The position numbers and the translations under genes are program-made. Shown here piece by piece: positions 9,136-18,504 of a stretch of 38,764 nucleotides of DNA (its first letter is position 1; every line of letters begins with the position of its first letter). The stretch comes from an uncultured Eubacteriales bacterium. GTDB taxonomy: Bacteria > Bacillota > Clostridia > Oscillospirales > Oscillospiraceae. The stretch is from assembly GCA_900554855.1 (NCBI GenBank), contig USIZ01000001.1:1-38764 (forward strand), in the 5' to 3' direction. The notes below the pieces were generated by a model. The model worked only from the letters and a program-made list of their open reading frames with translations, searched no databases and was not told the DNA's origin.

Positions 9136-9436
9136 GCGAGTGATCGCCGCCCACCGAGCGGTGACAGACGCAGTGAGCCACGCCGTCCGGCTCAAATCCG
9201 ACCGCTATTTTGTGTGGCAAGAGGACGGCAGCCATGATCTTCCCGGAGACAACGGCCACGGAGAGACCGCCGTCACCGGCACCACGGATCTGTTTACCAA
9301 ATCCGAGTTTGACCCATGGGTTGAGCAGCTGGGCGAGAGTTTCAGCGCCCATGGCATTTCCTGGACGCTGAACTCCGTCCAGTACGAGGCGGACACCGGC
9401 TTTATCCACTACGAGTGGGTGTGGGAGGTGACCTAA
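9119..9436 (+). CDS. Hypothetical neck/tail-joining protein
   Basis: ATG at 9119 within the operon. Function assigned from position only. Confidence 0.5.
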   Translation: MTTWYERVIAAHRAVTDAVSHAVRLKSDRYFVWQEDGSHDLPGDNGHGETAVTGTTDLFTKSEFDPWVEQLGESFSAHGISWTLNSVQYEADTGFIHYEWVWEVT

Positions 9437-9924
9437 TGGCAACCATCACGTTTAAAAGCGGCGAGGAATACATTCTGAAGCTCACCCGGCTGGAAAAAGA
9501 GGCTGTGGAGAAAGTCTGCGGCCCTGCTATCCATGACGGAGCAAAAGTTGTGGCTGATGCTATCCGGGCAGAATTGCAGACTGTTCCCACAGACGAGGGC
9601 TGGGGCACGCAGGAGAATCCAGTCCGCGGACCCAAGAAAACGCAAAAGGCTGCGCTGCTGGGAACCCTGGGCATTACCTCCATGCAGAAGGACAATGACG
9701 GAATGTATAACGTCAAAATCGGTTTTGACGGGTATAACAACATTCGATCAAAGCGCTGGCCACAGGGCCAGCCGAATCAGATGGTTGCCCGGGCCATTGA
9801 AAGCGGTACCAGTTGGATGAGCAAAAACCGTTTTGTAGGCAAGGCGGTGAGCCGGGTGAAAAAGCAGGCCCTTGCCGCTATGCAGAAGCGGGCGGAGAGC
9901 GAGATCAACAAAATTATGAAGTGA
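9436..9924 (+). CDS. HK97 gp10-like tail-completion/neck protein
   Basis: TAATG overlap with the upstream gene. Sequence resembles the gp10 family. Confidence 0.65.
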   Translation: MATITFKSGEEYILKLTRLEKEAVEKVCGPAIHDGAKVVADAIRAELQTVPTDEGWGTQENPVRGPKKTQKAALLGTLGITSMQKDNDGMYNVKIGFDGYNNIRSKRWPQGQPNQMVARAIESGTSWMSKNRFVGKAVSRVKKQALAAMQKRAESEINKIMK

Positions 9925-9930
9925 GCGCGT

Positions 9931-9943
9931 GTCCGATTCGGAC
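9931..9943. repeat. GTCCGATTCGGAC palindrome, copy 3
   Basis: Directly 5' of the major tail protein SD. Confidence 0.95.
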
Positions 9944-9961
9944 CGCGAGAAAGGAGCGCAC

Positions 9962-10558
9962 ATGGCAACCATTGGTTTGAGCAAGCCGTATTACGCTATT
10001 TATGCCGAAGCCGGCGGCGTGGTGAGCTATTCTGACGGTGCGGTAATGGGTAAGGCAACGGAGGCCAATATCTCCATTGAGACCACGGAGGACAACAACC
10101 TCTATGGCGACAACGGACTGGCGGAGACCGACCGCCGCTTTGCCAACGGCACCCTGACCCTGTCTACTACCGATCTGAGTCAGGAGGTCAGCAAGGCCAT
10201 TCTGGGCCTGACGGAGCAGGCGATCACCGGGATCGATGGCGTGACGGATACCTCCGTAAAGGAGCTGGTTTACGATGATACGCAGGTGACCCCCTATCTG
10301 GGCGTGGGTTTCATCATCAAGAAGAAGGTCAACGGCGCGTATAAGTGGCGGGGCGTGGTCCTGCCGAAGATCATGTTTTCCGTGCCGGAAGACGCGGCCA
10401 CCACGCAGGGTGAGTCCATCGAGTGGCAGACCCCGGAGCTGACCGGCGCCATCATGCGGGATGATTCCGCCACCCATGCCTGGAAAAAGGAAGCCACCTT
10501 TACTTCGGAGGCCCAGGCTGAGGCTTATATCAAGGCGCGGCTGGGGATCACCGCATGA
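9962..10558 (+). CDS. Major tail protein
   Basis: GAGAAAGGAG SD. About 200 aa, immediately upstream of the chaperone pair. Confidence 0.8.
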   Translation: MATIGLSKPYYAIYAEAGGVVSYSDGAVMGKATEANISIETTEDNNLYGDNGLAETDRRFANGTLTLSTTDLSQEVSKAILGLTEQAITGIDGVTDTSVKELVYDDTQVTPYLGVGFIIKKKVNGAYKWRGVVLPKIMFSVPEDAATTQGESIEWQTPELTGAIMRDDSATHAWKKEATFTSEAQAEAYIKARLGITA

Positions 10559-10932
10559 GAACGGCCAGTATCGAGATAGGCGGAAAGGCGCACCTGCTGT
10601 GCTTTTCCGCCCGGGTGGTCCGGGCAGTAACGGAACGCTACGGAGGCGTGGAGCGCATTGACACGGCGCTCTCAGCCGATGACCCGCTCAAGGCACTGGA
10701 TGAGGCGGTGTGGCTGCTGTCGACCATGATGGACGGCGGCGCCCGGTATGCCAAACTAAACGGGCTGGAAACCGCGCCTCCGCTAACAGCGGATGAGCTG
10801 CTGGACGTGATGGATCTGAGCGATTTCGGCCAGCTCCGGACAAAAATCACGGAGGCAGTAGTCTCCGGCAGAGAGACCCACGTGGAGGCGGACCCCGGAA
10901 AAAACGCGGAAACCACTCCGGCGGCCCCTTAG
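10555..10932 (+). CDS. Tail assembly chaperone (G-like, zero-frame product)
   Basis: Position between the major tail protein and the tape measure protein. Contains a slippery heptamer near its 3' end. Confidence 0.8.
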   Translation: MRTASIEIGGKAHLLCFSARVVRAVTERYGGVERIDTALSADDPLKALDEAVWLLSTMMDGGARYAKLNGLETAPPLTADELLDVMDLSDFGQLRTKITEAVVSGRETHVEADPGKNAETTPAAP

Positions 10933-11105
10933 CGCCGGAGTGGTTTTTATGGTATGGCATGGCCGTCGGCCTGTCTTACACCGAGGCGCTGGATGTGCCG
11001 TTCGGAGAGCTGCTGGACTATATCGCCATTGAGCAGATCAAGCGGGAGGGTTTTGCCCCCAAGCACGCTTTGACAGATGACGAAATTATCCCAAATGTGA
11101 GGTGA
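10555..11105 (+). CDS. Tail assembly chaperone GT-like product made by -1 frameshift at 10899-10905
   Basis: The -1 frame is open from before the slip site to TGA at 11103-11105 and encodes ...WFLWYGMAVGLSYTEALDVPFGELLDYIAIEQIKREG..., typical of the T-extension. Confidence 0.7.
10899..10905 (+). promoter_or_regulatory. -1 ribosomal frameshift slippery heptamer A_AAA_AAC
   Basis: X_XXY_YYZ pattern in the zero frame of the chaperone ORF. Confidence 0.7.
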
Positions 11106-11109
11106 TACA

Positions 11110-12933
11110 ATGGCGGCTGATATTGGCCCGAAAATCGGCATTGACGGCGAAAAGGAATTTAGAGAGTCCCTGCGTGCCATGGGACAGCAGCTCAAGACCC
11201 TTGGAACGGAGATGAAGGCGGTGACCTCCGCCTTTGACGTTGACAACGACAGCCAGAAAAAGCTGGCGGCGCAGTCCGACGTGCTGAACCGGCAGTTGGA
11301 AGTCCAGCAGCAGCGCCTGGGCGAGGTGCAGAAGGCACTGGACTACGCCAAGGCCAACTACTCTGAAAACAGCAGCGAGGTGCAGCGGTGGCAGCAGGCT
11401 TTGAACAACGCCACCACCGATGTAAACCGCACGAAAAAGCAGCTCAACGAGCTGGAGACCGGCGTAGAAAACGTGGGCGACGCCATGGACGGCGCCGGAC
11501 AGAAAACCAGCGTTTTTGGCGATGTGCTGAAAGCAAATCTGCTGGGCAGCGCTATCGTGTCCGGCATCAAGGCGGTAGCCAGCGGGATCAAGTCCCTCAT
11601 CAGCGGCGCTATTGAGGGCTACGGCGAGTATGAGCAGCTGGTTGGCGGCGTGGAAACGCTGTTTGGCAGCTCTGCTGACACGGTAATCAAAAACGCGGAG
11701 AACGCCTACAAAACGGCAGGCCTTTCCGCCAACGCCTATATGGAGACTGTGACCAGCTTCTCCGCGTCCCTGCTCCAATCCATGGGCAACGACACGGAGG
11801 CGGCGGCTAAAAAGGCGGATCAGGCGCTCACGGATATGTCCGACAACGCCAACAAGATGGGCACGGACATGCAGTCCATCCAGAACGCTTATCAGGGCTT
11901 TGCCAAGCAAAACTACACCATGCTGGACAACCTGAAACTGGGCTATGGCGGCACGAAGGAGGAAATGCAGCGGCTGATCGACGATGCCAACGCTTTGAAT
12001 GCCGCGCAAGGCAACTACACCAATTACAGTATCGAAAGCTATGCGGACATTGTGGACGCCATCCACACGGTCCAGACGGAAATGGGGATCACCGGTACCA
12101 CGGCACTGGAGGCATCCACCACCGTGGAGGGCTCTATCAACTCCGTGAAGGCGGCATATCAGAATTTTGTCACGGGCCTGGGCGATCAGAACGCCGATAT
12201 CGGTGCTCTGACCGAAGAACTGATCCAGACTGCTGGTACCGTGGCGGAAAACGTGCTGCCGGTGATTGAGAACGTGGTCAAAAATATTGCGGAAACCGTA
12301 AAAAAGCAGGGGCCGGATATGATCACAAAATTCGTGGCATACGCTACGGAAAAGCTTCCGGAAGTGCTGAAGCTGGGCATTCAGTTGATCGTATCTCTGG
12401 TAAAGGGGCTGGCTCAAAATCTGCCGGAACTGCTCCGGGGTACGCTGGCGCTGGTAGATACCATCATCAGTGCCTTTCTGGATTCCCTGCCGGACATCAT
12501 CGAGGTCGGCAAGGACATCGTCCGGGGGCTTTGGGAGGGTATCAAGGCTATGGCCAGCTGGATCGGAGAAAAGGTCTCCGGCTTTGTCGGCGGCCTCGTG
12601 GACGGCGTCAAGGGCGTGCTGGGGATCCACTCGCCCTCCCGAGTGTTTGCCGGAATCGGCCAGAATATGGCGCTGGGCCTTGGTCAGGGCTTTGAGCGGC
12701 AGATGCAGAGCGTCACCGCCGGGATCCAGGACGCCATCCCCACGCCGACGGTGGACACCGTCTACAATGCCGCTGCCGGCCTGGTGAACGGACTTGCGGC
12801 ACAGAGCGCCGGAAGCCCCGGCGGCAGCTATACAATCAACCTCATCCTGCAAAACGGCCAGCAGATCGCCAGCTGGCTTCTGCCTGATCTGCGAGACGCG
12901 GCCAGAAGCAACCCGGAGGTGGCAACGGCATGA
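11110..12933 (+). CDS. Tape measure protein
   Basis: 607 aa, helical and repeat-rich, downstream of G/GT. Confidence 0.9.
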   Translation: MAADIGPKIGIDGEKEFRESLRAMGQQLKTLGTEMKAVTSAFDVDNDSQKKLAAQSDVLNRQLEVQQQRLGEVQKALDYAKANYSENSSEVQRWQQALNNATTDVNRTKKQLNELETGVENVGDAMDGAGQKTSVFGDVLKANLLGSAIVSGIKAVASGIKSLISGAIEGYGEYEQLVGGVETLFGSSADTVIKNAENAYKTAGLSANAYMETVTSFSASLLQSMGNDTEAAAKKADQALTDMSDNANKMGTDMQSIQNAYQGFAKQNYTMLDNLKLGYGGTKEEMQRLIDDANALNAAQGNYTNYSIESYADIVDAIHTVQTEMGITGTTALEASTTVEGSINSVKAAYQNFVTGLGDQNADIGALTEELIQTAGTVAENVLPVIENVVKNIAETVKKQGPDMITKFVAYATEKLPEVLKLGIQLIVSLVKGLAQNLPELLRGTLALVDTIISAFLDSLPDIIEVGKDIVRGLWEGIKAMASWIGEKVSGFVGGLVDGVKGVLGIHSPSRVFAGIGQNMALGLGQGFERQMQSVTAGIQDAIPTPTVDTVYNAAAGLVNGLAAQSAGSPGGSYTINLILQNGQQIASWLLPDLRDAARSNPEVATA

Positions 12934-13304
12934 CACAGTTGATTATCAACGGCATTTATCTGCCGGAAACCAGCAGGGACAAGTATCAATGCTATCCCGG
13001 AGAATTGTCTGTTAACGTGCAGATGATCTCCGGCCGGACAGTACAGGAAGTCCGGGGCCATGTGCAGATGATCACATGGAGCTACGATTACATGGGCAAC
13101 GCCCTCTGGCGGCAGCTGGCAGCGGTGCTGCGCTCCGGCAAGGCGTTTCCGGTGGTGTATCTGCCGGACGATTCTGACACCATGGCCACCGGCACGTTTT
13201 TAGTGGAATCCATGACACAGCCAACCTACGCCTTCTCCCGGAATGGCGTAGGGCTGTGGCACAATGTAGGCTTTACGCTGCGGGAGGTGACGCCGCATGA
13301 TTAA
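12930..13304 (+). CDS. Small tail protein (possible minimal distal tail protein)
   Basis: ATGA overlap with the tape measure gene. Function assigned from position only. Confidence 0.55.
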   Translation: MTQLIINGIYLPETSRDKYQCYPGELSVNVQMISGRTVQEVRGHVQMITWSYDYMGNALWRQLAAVLRSGKAFPVVYLPDDSDTMATGTFLVESMTQPTYAFSRNGVGLWHNVGFTLREVTPHD

Positions 13305-15408
13305 AAGCGGGCAGGCGTATCATGCGGCGATCACAGGAGACGCGCGGCGGGTACTGCTGCGGGTGGTCATTGACATCATTTCCCCGGACATCGTGTTCGG
13401 TGCCGGGGATACCTCCGGGCAGATTCCGTGGAGCAAGCCGGAGCAGCTCCACGATAAGGTTTTTGGAAATCCCGCCAAGTACGCTACGTTAGAGCGTGAC
13501 CGGTGGGCGCTGGATGGGACGTGGGACCTTCTCCCGGACGATCCCGCTCAGACGGTGGGCCAGATGAGCTACATCGGCAGCGTGCTTTCCGGCGCGGACG
13601 GGACGTTTTCCGCGCCGCCGTGGGTGGAGCTGCAATTCTCCGGCGTGTCTGTCTTGCAGGCGTGCTCCGTATATTTCCCGGACAATGACTATGACGGCCT
13701 TCCGGAGGATTTTACGGTGGAGATCAAGCAGGGCGGCACGGCGTACCACACACGGACGTACACCGGCAACACAGCTTCCTTCGTATCGCTGGAGGGCTTC
13801 ACGGTCAACAACCCTGACGCCATCCGGGTGACGGTGACCAAATGGTCCCGCCCCGGGCGGCGGATGCGAGTGGTGGAGATCGTCCCCGGCGTATATGAGG
13901 CGTGGGACGGAGGCATGATCGCGGAGTTCAACGTCAAGCAGCAGGGCAACATCGCGGCCACGGCGCTGCCATATGGAACGTGCACCCTCAAGATCGACAA
14001 TCTTTCCCGGCGGTTTGAGCCGCGCAGCAAAAACGGACTGTTTCAGTCCATCGAGGAGCGGCAGGGCATCGACGTATCGTTGGGCGTTCGGCTGGCGGAC
14101 GGAACGGACGAATATAAGCGGCTGGGGATCTTCTATCAGTTTTCCGGCGGGTGGAAAACCGGCGACAACGGCCTGACGATGCAGTGGAATCTGGTGGACA
14201 TTATTGGCCTGCTGGCAAATCGGGAATTTCTGGCACCTGCCACGCTTCCCACTACGCTGGGCGGGTGGATCGGCGCTCTGGCGGCCCAGCTAGGCGTGAA
14301 TTTCAAGGACCGCTGGCACGTGGACCCGGATTTCACGGCCCTGCCGGTGACGGTGCGGACGGCAGAGGATGTGCAGGGAAAAAAGTGCGGGGACATCCTC
14401 CGCTGGGTGTGCCAGGCAACCGGCACATGGCCCCGGGCGGACGCCTCCACCGGAGACCTGACCGCCGAGCCGCTGTGGAGCGAGGGCAACAAAGTGATAC
14501 TGGACAACCTCAACGGCTACCCGGTTATGAAGGCCAACGGGGACGTGGCGGCGCTGATCTTTACCCTCAACGATGGGGCAGGCACAAAATACATTGTGTC
14601 CGGCAATGCCACATCGTCTAGCGAGACGGTGAGCATCGACAATCCATTCATCAAAACGGAGGCGCAGGCGCTGGCGGCGGCGCGGCTGATCCTTTCCACC
14701 TACGGCGGCAACGTGCTGGATCTGACGGGCCGGGGCGATCCGTCCTCCGAGATCGGAGACGTAGAGACGGTGTGGCTGGACGAAAGTCAGGCCACCACGG
14801 CACGGCTGACGATGCAGACGTTCCAGTTTTCGGGCGGCGTCATGCAGGGATGCCAGAGCCAGCTGTTACAGGCGGACGGCAGCTTCCTGTATCAGGGGCG
14901 GGAGATCATCACCACACCCGGCACATGGAAAGCCCCGGCTGGGAAGAAATCTCTGCGGGTCATCCTTGTGGGCAAGGGTGGAGACGGCACCCGCGGCCAG
15001 GACGGCACGTGGGACGCTGCCGGCGCGGGCGGCGTGGACGGTCTGGGCGGTCTGGTATGGGCCGGAACCATCAACATCAACGATGGGCAAGAGTTCCCAG
15101 TGACCTTTGGCGAAAATACAACCTTCGGGGCGTATTCCTCCGCCAACGGAAAGCGCTACGATAACGGCTACACGGACGTGGCCAGCGGCGACAGCTTCGC
15201 CCGGACGGGCGTGGCGAAGCCAAGGCCGGGGACCGGGGACGGCGGGGCCGGCGGCAAGGGCGGTGAACAGGGCCGGCGGCAAAAAATAACATGGGAAGAT
15301 GAAGGCGGTTTTTCTCACAGCTATTGGAAAATCTACAGTTATCCTGGCGTTGGTGCGGATGGCGCGATGGGCGCTTCCGGCTGCGCGGTGGTGTATTACA
15401 GCAAGTAG
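13297..15408 (+). CDS. Tail tip/baseplate protein with C-terminal glycine-rich domain
   Basis: 703 aa, follows the distal tail gene. C-terminus reads GTWKAPAGKKSLRVILVGKGGDG...GASGCAVVYY. Confidence 0.75.
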   Translation: MIKSGQAYHAAITGDARRVLLRVVIDIISPDIVFGAGDTSGQIPWSKPEQLHDKVFGNPAKYATLERDRWALDGTWDLLPDDPAQTVGQMSYIGSVLSGADGTFSAPPWVELQFSGVSVLQACSVYFPDNDYDGLPEDFTVEIKQGGTAYHTRTYTGNTASFVSLEGFTVNNPDAIRVTVTKWSRPGRRMRVVEIVPGVYEAWDGGMIAEFNVKQQGNIAATALPYGTCTLKIDNLSRRFEPRSKNGLFQSIEERQGIDVSLGVRLADGTDEYKRLGIFYQFSGGWKTGDNGLTMQWNLVDIIGLLANREFLAPATLPTTLGGWIGALAAQLGVNFKDRWHVDPDFTALPVTVRTAEDVQGKKCGDILRWVCQATGTWPRADASTGDLTAEPLWSEGNKVILDNLNGYPVMKANGDVAALIFTLNDGAGTKYIVSGNATSSSETVSIDNPFIKTEAQALAAARLILSTYGGNVLDLTGRGDPSSEIGDVETVWLDESQATTARLTMQTFQFSGGVMQGCQSQLLQADGSFLYQGREIITTPGTWKAPAGKKSLRVILVGKGGDGTRGQDGTWDAAGAGGVDGLGGLVWAGTININDGQEFPVTFGENTTFGAYSSANGKRYDNGYTDVASGDSFARTGVAKPRPGTGDGGAGGKGGEQGRRQKITWEDEGGFSHSYWKIYSYPGVGADGAMGASGCAVVYYSK

Positions 15409-15410
15409 CG

Positions 15411-15423
15411 GTCCGATTCGGAC
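15411..15423. repeat. GTCCGATTCGGAC palindrome, copy 4
   Basis: Directly 5' of the fibre gene SD. Confidence 0.95.
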
Positions 15424-15434
15424 ACGGAGGAATT

Positions 15435-16478
15435 ATGGCTTTTGATTTTTCAACATTGGTGACGGACCGGACGCTTGAGGATGTGTCGAATAAGACCGCA
15501 AAGGGTTTTTACAATGCCACTGATTTCAACCGGGTAGATGCGTGTCTGGAGGATCTGGTGGCCCGGCTGCGTAGGATAGGCTACAACGTGCCGGTGTATG
15601 AACGGGTGAAAATTGAGCGGGCGGTGACGCCCAGTTCCCGTCTGCCGGAGGGGTATGCGGAAGTGCAGTATATCCAAAGCAGCGGGACGCAGTATGTCGA
15701 TACCGGGTTCAAGCCAAACCAAGATTCGCGTGTACTCATAAAACTATCTACGTCGGAAACCGGTAGTCATACAGTGTTTGGGGCAGATATTGATTGGGTT
15801 GATAATGGCTTTGCGCTTGGCGTTGGATTTACCCATTACGGAAAAGAAACCGGAACGATTTCCGGGTTGAATAACGGATCTCCGCATGAGGTGGATTTCA
15901 ATAAAAACATCATCTCTATGGACGGATCAACTGTTCTGGCTATGGGGGCTTCGACATTTTCCGTCCCACACAATCTGGCGCTTTTTGCAAATAACCGCGC
16001 CGGAGGGATTCAGGAAAAAACAACGATGGCGCTCTATTATTGCCGGATTTATGACGGCAATACCATCATTCGGGACTATATCCCCTGCAAAAACGCTGGC
16101 GGGGCGGTGGGGCTTTACGATCTGATCGGGCAGAAGTTTTACGGCAACGCCGGAACCGGCAGCTTCACAGCGGGGCCGGTGGTAGAACGACCTAAAGACC
16201 CCAACGAGGGGCTGGACCCCTACACATGGTACAAAAGCGATGTGCCCACGGCATCCCTGCTGGCCCGCTACCGGGCCAACGTGGCGGCGGTGCGGGCAGT
16301 GCTGCGGCTGCCGGAGGGGACGCCGGGGGTGCCAGAGACCATGCGGCGGCTGACAACGGCGGAGGCCAACAGCATCGAGGCGATTTTGCTGGCCTTGAAT
16401 TCTATTTTAAGTAAAATCCACACAGCCGTCTGCCACTGCGGCGTGACGGTGTGCGGGAGCAAAGGAGTGAGAGCATGA
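15435..16478 (+). CDS. Tail fibre / receptor-binding protein with lectin-like central module
   Basis: GGAGG SD then ATG at 15435. LPEGYAEVQYIQSSGTQYVDTG motif. The central part is visibly AT-richer. Confidence 0.7.
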   Translation: MAFDFSTLVTDRTLEDVSNKTAKGFYNATDFNRVDACLEDLVARLRRIGYNVPVYERVKIERAVTPSSRLPEGYAEVQYIQSSGTQYVDTGFKPNQDSRVLIKLSTSETGSHTVFGADIDWVDNGFALGVGFTHYGKETGTISGLNNGSPHEVDFNKNIISMDGSTVLAMGASTFSVPHNLALFANNRAGGIQEKTTMALYYCRIYDGNTIIRDYIPCKNAGGAVGLYDLIGQKFYGNAGTGSFTAGPVVERPKDPNEGLDPYTWYKSDVPTASLLARYRANVAAVRAVLRLPEGTPGVPETMRRLTTAEANSIEAILLALNSILSKIHTAVCHCGVTVCGSKGVRA

Positions 16479-17650
16479 GAGACCGAACACCCACGAAAGC
16501 CCTTGAAAACGGTGCGCTGCGCTACGGCGTTTACGCGGAGGACGGTAGTCTGCTGCGCCATGAGTATCTGGCTCTGGAGGATGATCCCGCAGACCCCGGC
16601 ACGGAACTGAGGAAGTCCACGTTGCTGCAGGATTCCACAGAGGTATCCCTTTTCGGCAGCGCGGCGGACCGGACGGTGGATGAGGCCTTCGCGGGCATCG
16701 CGGGTCAGCTGAAGCTCATCAAATCTGACATGGCGGCCATCACCCTGACGGTGCAGGATACCAACGGCAAGCCAATCCCGGATGCGTTGGTGCAGGGCAT
16801 CCTCAGCGAAAACGGACAGGCAGTGTACACAGACGCCAATGGCGTGGCCACCGGATACATCGGCGAGGGACAACAGGTTGTGAAAGTCAGCGGTTATGCA
16901 GACGTGGAGGACTACTCCGAAACCCTGACCGTAGTTAAAGGAACGAACATCTCAAAAACGTGGAAATTGACAACAAATAATTTTTTGAGCGTAAAGTCCA
17001 GCCGCTCTGTAAAGTTTACTGGGAATGTGAGTACGATTGATTATTCCGTAACTTCAGGAGGCGGTGGCGGTGGCGCAGGATATGGATATCCCGGCGGAGG
17101 CGGTGGAGCAGGAGGCGGCACCATCACAAAGACAGGCGTCGAAATATCACCTAATACAGTATATCCAGCGACTGTTGGAGCTGGCGGGAAAGGCGGAACA
17201 TACCTCGATTATGATGGGCATCCGGGCGGTCAATCATCCTTTATGGGAGATGCCCCTGCTGGCGGAAATCCCGGGCTATCTCCGGTCCGGGGGGGCAGTG
17301 GTGAACCCGGTGGCATCGGGGGAAGCGGATCTCAAGGCGGTGGAAGCGGCGGAAATGGCGGCAGTAATTCTGATAACGGCTCAAACGGTAGCAATGCTAC
17401 TGCAACAGCGTTTACCTCTTTTGCCGAAACAAAATCCCTTGGTGGCGGCGGCGCTGGAGGAGAAGGCAAAAATTATAGCGGTACCAGTGCGACAGATGGC
17501 ATTGTCGGCGGTGCAGCCAATACTGGCGGAGGCGGCAGCGGAGGCTATGGTGCCGGAAAAGATAAAGATGGTGATTACAATACCAGCTCTGGCTCTTATG
17601 GTTATTCCGGTTACATCGGCATCCGGATGCACCTGAAATCCGCGGCGTAA
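16475..17650 (+). CDS. Glycine-rich tail fibre protein
   Basis: AAAGGAG SD. ATG at 16475 overlaps the upstream TGA. Long GGxGG tracts ending in GYSGYIGIRMHL. Confidence 0.7.
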   Translation: MRDRTPTKALENGALRYGVYAEDGSLLRHEYLALEDDPADPGTELRKSTLLQDSTEVSLFGSAADRTVDEAFAGIAGQLKLIKSDMAAITLTVQDTNGKPIPDALVQGILSENGQAVYTDANGVATGYIGEGQQVVKVSGYADVEDYSETLTVVKGTNISKTWKLTTNNFLSVKSSRSVKFTGNVSTIDYSVTSGGGGGGAGYGYPGGGGGAGGGTITKTGVEISPNTVYPATVGAGGKGGTYLDYDGHPGGQSSFMGDAPAGGNPGLSPVRGGSGEPGGIGGSGSQGGGSGGNGGSNSDNGSNGSNATATAFTSFAETKSLGGGGAGGEGKNYSGTSATDGIVGGAANTGGGGSGGYGAGKDKDGDYNTSSGSYGYSGYIGIRMHLKSAA

Positions 17651-17662
17651 AGGAGGCGGCCT

Positions 17663-17944
17663 ATGGAATACTGCATCGTAGAGGACGGCGTGATTGTCAA
17701 CATGATCGTGGCCGAGGCGGACTTTGCCGCAGAGATCGGGGCGCTGCCGGGGTATGACGGCGCGGCCATCGGCGGGGCGTACACACCGCCTCCCCCAGAG
17801 CCGGAGCCGCCTACCACGGACGAGCGGCTTGAGAAGCTGGAAGCGGAGAACAGCAAGCTGAAAAGTCAGCTCCAGATGCAGGCACAGCAACAGGAATTCC
17901 TGGAAAACTGCTTGTTAGAGATGGGCGATGTTGTTTATGCGTGA
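17663..17944 (+). CDS. Hypothetical tail-fibre-associated protein (P-rich linker plus coiled coil)
   Basis: GGAGG SD; position fits. Confidence 0.55.
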   Translation: MEYCIVEDGVIVNMIVAEADFAAEIGALPGYDGAAIGGAYTPPPPEPEPPTTDERLEKLEAENSKLKSQLQMQAQQQEFLENCLLEMGDVVYA

Positions 17945-18002
17945 GTTTTGGGCCGGTCTGGCCCTGAACCTATATTTTTACTTATCGAAAGGAGATCAAG
18001 AA

Positions 18003-18188
18003 ATGATGGCTATGTTATATGCGAGCAAGATTTGCATGGAGGCAATCAACCCCAAGACGAAAAAGCCTTGGGAGTTTGCGGATGTGCCCCCGAAGCTGAA
18101 GAAGCAGGTGGCGGACATCCTCATCAACGAGTGCGGCTTGCCGGAGCTGGTGCCTGCGGAGTTTGGGGGCACCGCGAAGGTGGAGTAA
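18003..18188 (+). CDS. Small XkdX/CD1375-like protein
   Basis: AAAGGAGA SD then ATG at 18003. About 61 aa, the last gene of the tail operon. Confidence 0.55.
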   Translation: MMAMLYASKICMEAINPKTKKPWEFADVPPKLKKQVADILINECGLPELVPAEFGGTAKVE

Positions 18189-18195
18189 CAAAAAA

Positions 18196-18212
18196 GCCGC
18201 CCAGCGGGCGGC
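18196..18212 (-). terminator. GC hairpin GCCGCCC-agc-GGGCGGC with a U-tract only on the minus-strand transcript
   Basis: 7-bp perfect stem. A5 upstream on + gives U5 on the minus strand. May also stop the + strand tail operon. Confidence 0.5.
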
Positions 18213-18220
18213 GTAGAAAA

Positions 18221-18249
18221 TTGACAAAGCAAGGCGAATCGTGTATGAT
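18221..18249 (+). promoter_or_regulatory. Near-consensus sigma70-type promoter TTGACA-17-TATGAT
   Basis: TTGACA at 18221-18226, 17-nt spacer, TATGAT at 18244-18249. Confidence 0.7.
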
Positions 18250-18303
18250 GGGGTTCGCCAGTAAGAACGGTACGGTTGTTTCCCCGTAAAGGGGGGTGAC
18301 CGC

Positions 18304-18381
18304 ATGAGCACAGCAGAAACCATTGCGTTACTTATGCTTGTGATTGCGGCTATCAAATTAGGCGTTGACCTAAAGAAATAA
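18304..18381 (+). CDS. 25-aa hydrophobic peptide, Hol-Tox (holin-like toxin) family-like
   Basis: MSTAETIALLMLVIAAIKLGVDLKK. GGGGGGTGA SD-like sequence 3 nt upstream. Has its own promoter and terminator. Confidence 0.6.
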   Translation: MSTAETIALLMLVIAAIKLGVDLKK

Positions 18382-18474
18382 CCGCCACCTAAATCGGCAG
18401 CGGCTTTTCTACGGATTCTAAATCTGTTGGGGAACGACCTGCACCGACCAAAGTGAGCCGTCCTTACTGGCCCC

Positions 18475-18504
18475 ATTATATACATGCCAACGCCGCTTTG
18501 TCAA
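18475..18504 (-). promoter_or_regulatory. Consensus promoter on the minus strand, TTGACA-18-TATAAT
   Basis: Reverse complement of 18499-18504 is TTGACA and of 18475-18480 is TATAAT. Confidence 0.65.

Larger units (their letters stand above)
18190..18468 (-). ncRNA. Predicted cis-antisense RNA covering the peptide gene (ends approximate)
   Basis: Bounded by the minus-strand promoter (18475-18504) and the minus-strand terminator (18196-18212). No SD-led ORF on this strand. Confidence 0.4.

Noticed and set aside
11086-12936. 616-aa ORF on the minus strand, opposite the tape measure gene
   Set aside because: It is a shadow ORF of a GC-rich gene. No family was recognised and it has no SD. The + strand tape measure reading is clearly the real one.
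17064-17636. 190-aa alternative-frame ORF inside the glycine-rich fibre gene
   Set aside because: It is an out-of-frame reading of GGN-rich DNA, with no SD and nested inside a supported gene.
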